The position numbers and the translations under genes were made by a program. DNA of 64,000 nt from contig JACCRY010000075.1 in NCBI GenBank assembly GCA_013813265.1, forward strand, positions 150 to 64,149, in the 5' to 3' direction. This DNA comes from Parachlamydiaceae bacterium. GTDB taxonomy: Bacteria; Chlamydiota; Chlamydiia; Chlamydiales; Parachlamydiaceae. The notes below the pieces were generated by a model that worked only from the letters and a program-made list of their open reading frames with translations, ran no database searches and had not been told where the DNA came from. This document shows positions 57,322-64,000 of the stretch, piece after piece. Each line of letters starts with the position of its first letter. Within the stretch, counting starts at the first letter, position 1.

Positions 57322-58791
57322 TTACTTCTGACTCAGAATTTCTTTATCTTGTTCTTCCTCTGATTTCGAAACAGAATTGTCTCCTTCTTCACTTGATGTA
57401 GAGAGTCGATAGTTATTTTTTTCACTTGAAGGTAATTCAGTCTCTTGGCTTTCATCTGATTCCGATATAGAATTATCTCTTTCATCCAAAGAAGCTCCAG
57501 GTTTGGAAGCTTCACCAAAAATAGTTGTAAAGTCGATGCCTTCACTAGAATTCGTTTCCGAAGCAGATAGAGAATTTTCTTCACTTGAAGTACTTTCATC
57601 ATCCTCTTCAATCATTCTTTGATAAATATATCCATCAACTGTAACAGCTTCATTTTTTAAAAGTTGGGGGAAAATATTACCTTCAAGGGATTGTTCTTCG
57701 ATAATGGCCCCCACTATTTCTCTTTGGCATACCACGCCTTGTTGGCAACTCCACAACAGTTGGCCGCAGGTATTAGTGGGTTTACCTTCTATAACATCAA
57801 ACATAATAAATATCGCAGCTTTTTCATTCATTTCCTCGGAATTCGCTCCTTTCAAAGCAGGGATAGCCAAACACATCAGACACATCGTATCATTTTCTAC
57901 CCGAATAATTGTTGGATGTCGAAGAATATCGACTAATGACTTTCTAAGCGTAAGAAATTCTTTGTCAGTTAAAATTTTATTACATGTTCTGATTTTTAAT
58001 TGAAAGTGTTGCTCCATCTTTTCCATAGTTTTTTCTCGGGATGAATTTTCCAGAAAATTAATTGCTTGAAGATCAATGTCTGTTAGTCTTCTGCTTTCCC
58101 CAATATAAACACGGGATGGGGTGAGGCGTTCTCGATCTTCGATTTTAATAGCACTGTCTTTCTTTAGTATTTCCGTTTTAACTTCTTTACTTTCCTCTTC
58201 AGTGGAGGAATTTTTACTCTTCACGTCTTCTTTCGAAAGAGACTTTTTGGATTCTTTGTTTGAAGATGACACATTTTCTTCTTTACTTGAAAAAGACCGA
58301 ATTTCTTCTTCAACTGATAGAGAACGACTTTCTTCTTGAGTCTTGACTTTTTTTTGTTCCTTAGAAGACTTCTTTGACTCTTCGCTTGAACTTGAAGAAT
58401 CTTTAACCTTTGCATCTTCTCTGACTGGCTTCTTTAACTCTTCATCTGAAATTTCGACAACTTTTTCCAAATCGCTTTGGCTCGAAAAGTATTCAGCAAC
58501 GGCCGTGTATATGGGCGGTGCAACAAGAACAACTGCAGCAATAATGGTGTAAGGGGAAGCTACGGTAAATAGAATAATGCCGAGCAAAACTCTTTGCCAT
58601 ACTTCAAATATAGCTTTGTCCGGAGCGTCGACTATAGAAAAACCTTGAGTGTGAGGGTTACCTACAAGAATAGGGCTGCGTAGAATGGCGATCTCTCTAC
58701 CACCTAAAACACCGCGAAGTGGCACTGTGAATTTCTCAGCCAAAGTCATATTTTCGTGAGAATCTAAGTTAATAATAATAGGCATTTTCAT
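57322..58791 (-). CDS. Inc-like membrane protein, paralogue B
   Basis: 489 aa. INLDSHENMT..PLRGVLGGRE, bilobed LLGIILFTVASPYTIIAAVVLVAPPIYTAVAEYF, a long Ser/Glu/Lys-rich spacer, a conserved CLAIP...KAAIFI...CGQLLW block, and an acidic tail. Confidence 0.6.
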   Translation of the reverse strand: MKMPIIINLDSHENMTLAEKFTVPLRGVLGGREIAILRSPILVGNPHTQGFSIVDAPDKAIFEVWQRVLLGIILFTVASPYTIIAAVVLVAPPIYTAVAEYFSSQSDLEKVVEISDEELKKPVREDAKVKDSSSSSEESKKSSKEQKKVKTQEESRSLSVEEEIRSFSSKEENVSSSNKESKKSLSKEDVKSKNSSTEEESKEVKTEILKKDSAIKIEDRERLTPSRVYIGESRRLTDIDLQAINFLENSSREKTMEKMEQHFQLKIRTCNKILTDKEFLTLRKSLVDILRHPTIIRVENDTMCLMCLAIPALKGANSEEMNEKAAIFIMFDVIEGKPTNTCGQLLWSCQQGVVCQREIVGAIIEEQSLEGNIFPQLLKNEAVTVDGYIYQRMIEEDDESTSSEENSLSASETNSSEGIDFTTIFGEASKPGASLDERDNSISESDESQETELPSSEKNNYRLSTSSEEGDNSVSKSEEEQDKEILSQK

Positions 58792-59061
58792 AACTCCTTT
58801 TTATGCGGCTTAAGAATTAGAGAGATCTCTTTGAAACTCTGATTCAACAGCCATTTGTGAATATCAACATTTGTATTTAATTTAAAATACAATTTAAACA
58901 AAAATAACACAATAGCATTATCTATAATTTTGTTAAAGTCTATTTTGCATAAATCTCGAATTTTAGGAATAACAAATAAAGTTGTGATGGTGAATGCGGA
59001 CAGAAGCTGGACTAAGCGGCAAGGCGCTATAGACGCCCCTATTTACCACTGTCCCACACTT

Positions 59062-60393
59062 TTAATCTTCAAGAGCAAGTGCCTCTTCAATCGTCAAATC
59101 CTCAGCAAATGCTCTTTTAGCTACTTTGACGGCTTTGTCATAGCCTATTTTTGGAGCTAAGGCCGTCACGCGCATTAGAGATCGCGCAACATTTATTTCC
59201 AAACGTGGAAGGTTAGGTCGGACTCCTGTCAACATATGGTCTGCAAATGAACGACAGCTATCTCCTAAAAGAAGAACTGATTTAAGAAAATTATGAATGA
59301 TCATAGGTTTAAAGACATTTAATTCGAAATTACCCTGCGATCCCGCCATCGTGATGGCGAAGTCATTTGCCATCACTTGGATCGCCACCATCGTCATCGC
59401 TTCGCATTGCGTCGGATTCACTTTACCGGGCATAATTGATGAACCTGGCTCGTTTTCCGGCAGGAAAAGCTCATTAAGTCCACACCGTGGACCGGAACCC
59501 ATCCAGCGAAAATCATTGGCAATTTTCATTAAGGCAGCCGCAAGTGTTTTAAGCGTACCGCTTGCAAAAAGCAAAGGATCATGGGAGGCCAAAGCGGCGA
59601 ACTTATTTTTTGCTGAAACAAAAGGAAAACCGGTTAATGTCGCTATTTTTTCAGATACTAACCTACCAAATCCTGGAGGAGCATTAAGACCGGTACCCAC
59701 GGCAGTGCCACCTATTGCCAAAGGGTAAAGAGCCTCAACAGCTTGTTCTATCCATGTAAGACAATCATCAAGTTGTGCAACATATCCCGAGAACTCATCC
59801 CCCAATGTAAGTTCCACAGCATCCATCAGATGTGTACGTCCAATTTTCATAATGTCTTTATATTCCATTGCTTTTTGATGTAGGAGATCACGCATTTTCT
59901 GTACTGCAGGAAGAAGTGTGGCATGAATTTGTTCAACTGCAGCAATGTGCATAGCAGTTGGAAACACATCATTTGAAGACTGTCCTTTATTGACATCATC
60001 ATTGGGGTGGAGAGGAACTTTACTGCCGCGCAAATTTCCTGTAAACACGCTAGCGTGGTTAGCGATCACTTCATTGACATTCATATTTGTTTGGGTGCCA
60101 CTCCCAGTCTGCCATACATTCAGAGGAAAATGGGTATCAAATTTGCCCTCTATAATTTCCTTGGCAGCATGGATGATGCGATCAGCTTTTTCATTAGAGA
60201 TCAGGCCCAGGTCTAAATTCACTTCTGCACATGCATATTTAACCAAAGCGATGGCGCGGACGATGCTCATGGGCATCATCTCATTGCCGATATTAAAATA
60301 AATTAGGGAGCGAGCTGTTTGAGCTCCGTAATAGGCCTCTTCAGGGACGTTAATTCCCCCCATGCTGTCGTGTTCAACTCGCATTTTTTCCAT
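59062..60393 (-). CDS. fumC: Class II fumarate hydratase
   Basis: 443 aa with the signature [15 protein letters not shown]. The truncated C-terminus relative to typical FumC was not evaluated. Confidence 0.92.
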   Translation of the reverse strand: MEKMRVEHDSMGGINVPEEAYYGAQTARSLIYFNIGNEMMPMSIVRAIALVKYACAEVNLDLGLISNEKADRIIHAAKEIIEGKFDTHFPLNVWQTGSGTQTNMNVNEVIANHASVFTGNLRGSKVPLHPNDDVNKGQSSNDVFPTAMHIAAVEQIHATLLPAVQKMRDLLHQKAMEYKDIMKIGRTHLMDAVELTLGDEFSGYVAQLDDCLTWIEQAVEALYPLAIGGTAVGTGLNAPPGFGRLVSEKIATLTGFPFVSAKNKFAALASHDPLLFASGTLKTLAAALMKIANDFRWMGSGPRCGLNELFLPENEPGSSIMPGKVNPTQCEAMTMVAIQVMANDFAITMAGSQGNFELNVFKPMIIHNFLKSVLLLGDSCRSFADHMLTGVRPNLPRLEINVARSLMRVTALAPKIGYDKAVKVAKRAFAEDLTIEEALALED

Positions 60394-60559
60394 ATCGCTC
60401 CTCTATTTTATTCATTATATCTTGTAATCCAAAAAGCCCGGATCGTAACCGATTCTTTTTTGTTATACAACATTGGAGAAATTCATACGCATAAATGCCG
60501 AATTTCTTGCATCTCAATTAGGTCTGCAGTATCTTAGTAACTCAAAATAGAGAGAGATA

Positions 60560-61033
60560 GAAACACAGAGGCACAGAGGACACAGAGAGAGCAACATGTG
60601 GAGATACGAATTAACACAATCAATAATAGGAGCCGCAATTGAAGTTCATCGATGTTTAGGTCCAGGCTTGCTTGAATCTGCATATCGAACATGCTTGGCA
60701 TATGAATTGAAAAAACGGGGTTTTAATGTTGTTGAAGAAAAGCCCATCCCTGTCTTTTATGATAACATGCAAATGGAATGCGGTTTTCGAGCTGACTTGT
60801 TAATTAATGATTTGATAATTGTAGAATTAAAAGCCAAAACCACAATACATCCTGTTGATAAAGCTCAAACACTTTCACATTTACGTCTAATGAACCTACA
60901 AGTTGGACTACTTATAAACTTCCACAACGAAAAACTCACTGATGGTATACACAGGATCATTAATGGATATTAAATCCAAGTTAACTTCCTCTCTCTTCCT
61001 CCGTTCTCTGTGCCCTCTGTGCCTCTGTGTTTC
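60560..61033. mobile_element. GxxExxY gene unit bracketed by inverted CACAGAG-type octamer arrays (candidate REPtron-like element)
   Basis: The left arm 60560-60592 ends 3 nt before the ATG. The right arm 60988-61033 begins 14 nt after the stop. The first 20 nt of both arms, read inward, are identical (GAAACACAGAGGCACAGAGG). Confidence 0.45.
60596..60973 (+). CDS. GxxExxY protein (PD-(D/E)XK nuclease-fold family)
   Basis: 125 aa. IIGAAIEVHRCLGPGLLESAY contains the eponymous G-LL-E-SA-Y. FRADLLINDLIIVELK is a D...E.K-like nuclease motif. Confidence 0.85.
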   Translation: MWRYELTQSIIGAAIEVHRCLGPGLLESAYRTCLAYELKKRGFNVVEEKPIPVFYDNMQMECGFRADLLINDLIIVELKAKTTIHPVDKAQTLSHLRLMNLQVGLLINFHNEKLTDGIHRIINGY

Positions 61034-61054
61034 AAAAAAAGGAAGAACCCACTC

Positions 61055-62743
61055 ATGACACGTATTTTGTTAATCGGACTCTTAATGCTACTTGTCTTTC
61101 CACTGCTAGCAGCAGCAGCTAGTCCGACGCTTTCATGTCCAAAACACGCCCTCTATCTTGTTCATAAGGGCCAAATCGACTCAGCATTAGATCTCTACCA
61201 AACTCATTTCAAAACTTGCCAAACGCACGACACCGAATTTTTACAACAACTGGGCCTTAGCTTGCTTGAACAAGGAGCCCACAGCCGAGATCCAGAAACC
61301 CAACTGATGGCCCTTTTTGGCGCTGGCCTAGCAACGAATGAACGGGTGCTTCCAATTTTAATTCGTGCTATAAATTCTCCATTGCCTCAATTGCAACTTA
61401 TCGCTCTTAACCTCCTTGCTCACTGCCAACATGACGATGCCAATAAAGCTATTTTCCAGGGGTTACGGTCCAACTCTCTACTTGTGCGACTTGAGGCCCT
61501 CCACCAAATCGCCTTAAGAAAAGACTGCAAAGCTTCAAACCACATCGAATCGTTAATGGGAAAAGTTAATCCTGAACTCTTGCCTTTATTCCCTCAGCTC
61601 TTTGCTCTTGTTGATGACAATGAATCCGTAAAAATGCTTAGAAAACTTCTAAGTCATACACAAGAAGCCGTGCGCATCGAAACAGTCATAAGTTGTGCCC
61701 GAAGTGGCAGAGACGACCTGCTGCCAAAAATTAAAGTTTTAGCTGCTCATGGATCTTTTGCCCAAAAGGAAGCCTGCGCTTTGGCACTTGGAGCACTCCG
61801 TGATGATTCTTCTCTTCCTTTTCTTTTAAAGCTATCCCGTACAACCACAATTTCTACAGTTAAATTAGCAGCTTGTAAATCTCTTTATATACTGGGCCAT
61901 TTAGAAGCGCTAAAAACGATACAAACACTTGCAGCTCAAGGAGATCTATTTGGGATTGCCATGCTTGGAGACTTGCCAGAGAATAAAGAAATTCTTGCAA
62001 AACTTTTAACATCTCCAGATTTTTCGATCAGACTCAACGCTTCTATTGCTCTATTAAATCAACAAGACGTAAGATGTTTAACGTTGCTTCCTGAAATTTT
62101 AGTGAAAGACTCTCGGGACCTTGCTTTTACTAAAACACTCTCTCAGGGCAAAGGACTGATCTGCTGGAAACCTGTATTTTCCGCCAGGCAGCAATTTGTA
62201 GATTCACCAACGGATTTAGAACTTTCTTTGAATTTTCGAGAATCGTTGCTAATCGCCGCTGCAGATCTTCCTGAAGAGGATTTCCTGTTTCTGATTAAGC
62301 TTATCTTTGATAAGCAACAAAATGACCTTGTCCCGACAGCAATTGCCTTATTAGAAAGTATTGAAACTCCTAAGGCGATAGATCTTCTCAGGATATACCG
62401 ACAACGCCCAGGAGCCCCTTTAATTCGCAATTATTGCAATCTGGCGCTTTATAGACTTGGAGATGAAGGACCTTACAGTGAAAGCCTTTCAGCCTGGCTT
62501 GAACAACAAATAGCTGTGGGCCTCATTCAATTGAGGCCTCTTGTCCCCTGGGAACTGAATGATGACCAGATGGCTCATCAGATCACTCCGCATGAGACAT
62601 CACGGCTACTAGTTGAGACATTTGAAGCACTGACAACAAAACAAGATAAGCACGGCATCAATTGCCTTCTTGAAGCAATAAAAAATGGAAACTCGAAGAA
62701 CAAATATGCTTTGGCAGGCCTCCTCATTCGTGCAACACTTTAA
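61055..62743 (+). CDS. Secreted HEAT/ARM-like repeat protein
   Basis: Signal peptide MTRILLIGLLMLLVFPLLAAAASP from ATG 61055 (AAGGAAG RBS). Repeated helical units follow (..VRLEALHQIA.., ..VRIETVISCA.., ..IRLNASIALL..). The track start 61010 lies inside the repeat arm. Confidence 0.55.
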   Translation: MTRILLIGLLMLLVFPLLAAAASPTLSCPKHALYLVHKGQIDSALDLYQTHFKTCQTHDTEFLQQLGLSLLEQGAHSRDPETQLMALFGAGLATNERVLPILIRAINSPLPQLQLIALNLLAHCQHDDANKAIFQGLRSNSLLVRLEALHQIALRKDCKASNHIESLMGKVNPELLPLFPQLFALVDDNESVKMLRKLLSHTQEAVRIETVISCARSGRDDLLPKIKVLAAHGSFAQKEACALALGALRDDSSLPFLLKLSRTTTISTVKLAACKSLYILGHLEALKTIQTLAAQGDLFGIAMLGDLPENKEILAKLLTSPDFSIRLNASIALLNQQDVRCLTLLPEILVKDSRDLAFTKTLSQGKGLICWKPVFSARQQFVDSPTDLELSLNFRESLLIAAADLPEEDFLFLIKLIFDKQQNDLVPTAIALLESIETPKAIDLLRIYRQRPGAPLIRNYCNLALYRLGDEGPYSESLSAWLEQQIAVGLIQLRPLVPWELNDDQMAHQITPHETSRLLVETFEALTTKQDKHGINCLLEAIKNGNSKNKYALAGLLIRATL

Positions 62744-62773
62744 ATTATTGAGATGCGGAGTAAGGGAAATTAA

Positions 62774-62870
62774 CCGCAGAGCTCCAGAGAACGCAGAGGA
62801 AGCGCAGAGATTTTTTTGTCTTTACAAAATTAGTTTGCAGTTCCTCTGCGCTTGCTCTGCGGCTCTGCGG
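62774..62870. repeat. Gene-less doublet of CGCAGAG-type arms
   Basis: Left CCGCAGAGCTCCAGAGAACGCAGAGGAAGCGCAGAGA. Right CCTCTGCGCTTGCTCTGCGGCTCTGCGG. 32-nt spacer. Confidence 0.85.
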
Positions 62871-62903
62871 TTTACTATTTCGTCCCTGCCCTTAATCTTG
62901 ATT

Positions 62904-64000
62904 ATGCTTCTGACTCCTCTACAGATATGCTGCGAAGAGCCCGCCCTTCCCGAAGGAATTACCGTCAACTTACGCGATCCTGAATATAAGGATGGAATTC
63001 TCAAAACTGAAAAAGGTGGATTGATCACAGCCGACGGCATACGCATTCAGGCGAAACAAATTTTGTATTCACGCAAAATCGTCGAGGAAAAAGCTGTTTG
63101 TACAATTGAGGCTGAGGATGATCTGCTTATCGAATTTAACGATTATATCTTTGTAGGAAAGCGTCTAGAATATGATTTCCAAGAGAAGACAGGGATCATC
63201 TATGAAGGAAAAACTGCAGTAGATCCTTGGTTTTTTGGTGGAGAAAAAATTTTTCTACATGCAGATGGAAGCTACACTCTCTTTAATAGCTATCTAACGA
63301 CCGCTGAAAGTACGAAAATGGAGTGGAAACTCTCGGCCGATAAAACAACGCTCTACCCTAATCACGACCTACACGTCCGAAACCTTAAATTTCAATATTA
63401 TAATTATCCTCTGCTTTGGGTCCCATCCCTCAGGGTTAATTTAGACTACCTATTAAACTTTCCAGTGCGTTATAACGCCCGCTGGGGTGGCCGTCAAGGG
63501 CCTCGTGTCGAATTTTCCTACCAAATTTTTGCTTGGAACCGCTGGAAAACTTTTTTGCGCTTTGACTATCGCCTCACCCGGGGCCCCGGCCTGGGACTAG
63601 AAACATACTATCGTTCCGAGGACCATAAAGAAACTTTTGAAGCGATCAATTATTGTGCCCGAGATTCTTCCTTAACAAACCCGCATGAAAGATTACGCTA
63701 TCGTTTCCAAGGAATTTATACCAATAGCTTTATGAATGATAAAGTATCGTTAAGCCTGACTTACGACAAGCTCAGCGACAAAGATATGGCCACAGATTAT
63801 AGTGACAGAGGGATAAATCTGCAGTATCCAGGTGCAACGATGTTGCAGGTTAGACGACAATCAGACGCATGGATTGCAAATTTCCTTACAACGATGCGCT
63901 TAAATACTTTTCAAACACTTAAACAAGAACTTCCCACATTCAGAGTCAATTGGAAACCTCTAACTTTAGGAACAACAGGAATTATAGCTCACCAACTTTT
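62904..64000 (+). CDS. lptD: LptD/OstA-like outer-membrane protein, 5-prime partial (runs off the window)
   Basis: The frame is open from before 62904 to base 64000, so it is absent from the ORF track. OstA_N-like start (KTEKGGLITADGIRIQAKQILY...EAEDDLLIEFNDYIFVGKRLEYDF) followed by beta-rich Y/W/R repeats. In-frame TTG 62835 is an alternative start. Confidence 0.55.
   Translation, partial: MLLTPLQICCEEPALPEGITVNLRDPEYKDGILKTEKGGLITADGIRIQAKQILYSRKIVEEKAVCTIEAEDDLLIEFNDYIFVGKRLEYDFQEKTGIIYEGKTAVDPWFFGGEKIFLHADGSYTLFNSYLTTAESTKMEWKLSADKTTLYPNHDLHVRNLKFQYYNYPLLWVPSLRVNLDYLLNFPVRYNARWGGRQGPRVEFSYQIFAWNRWKTFLRFDYRLTRGPGLGLETYYRSEDHKETFEAINYCARDSSLTNPHERLRYRFQGIYTNSFMNDKVSLSLTYDKLSDKDMATDYSDRGINLQYPGATMLQVRRQSDAWIANFLTTMRLNTFQTLKQELPTFRVNWKPLTLGTTGIIAHQL

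Noticed and set aside
60560-60592. The short tandem units (CACAGAGG etc.) considered as a CRISPR array
   Set aside because: The units are only 8-11 nt long and directly abut one another with no spacers. They occur as inverted pairs, and no cas genes are present.
1-64000. tRNA, rRNA, tmRNA or other canonical RNA genes in the intergenic gaps
   Set aside because: No T-loop (GGTTCGAATCC-like) or cloverleaf-compatible segments were seen by eye. This is a weak negative and should be confirmed with tRNAscan-SE or Infernal.

Overview
AT-rich 64-kb chromosomal window that reads like an environmental, amoeba-associated member of the Chlamydiae (Parachlamydiaceae-like). Supporting this: a chlamydial Hc1 histone-like gene, Inc-like proteins with bilobed hydrophobic domains, eukaryote-like kinase/phosphatase/GT92 genes, and a housekeeping backbone (rseP, ald, clpC, ccsA, hemW, tamA/tamB, rpsI-rplM, miaB, rny, serS, selU, acs, yajC, rlmD, ridA, tilS, dnaJ-rpsU, two CNNM/CorC transporters, fumC, partial lptD). 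About 50 CDS. I found no rRNA, tRNA or CRISPR array by eye. The structure that gene calls do not explain lies in the intergenic DNA. (1) A family of inverted arrays of 8-11-nt units with a [CG][AG]CA[GA]AG core occurs at seven or more sites. One pair of arms tightly brackets a GxxExxY (PD-(D/E)XK-fold) gene, and a near-identical pair exists without a gene. I propose a REP/RAYT-like (REPtron-like) relationship. (2) There are three large GC-rich imperfect palindromes of 160-300 bp. (3) There is a 160-bp MITE-like element, present twice. Other points: a decayed copy of the 3-prime end of a corC-type gene marks a duplication or insertion that carries one of two fast-diverged Inc-like paralogues. 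Hc1 has a serine-rich rather than Lys/Ala-rich tail. Three loci have same-frame ORF pieces separated only by TAA codons and are probably pseudogenes. All motif and family assignments come from reading the translations. No database search was run.
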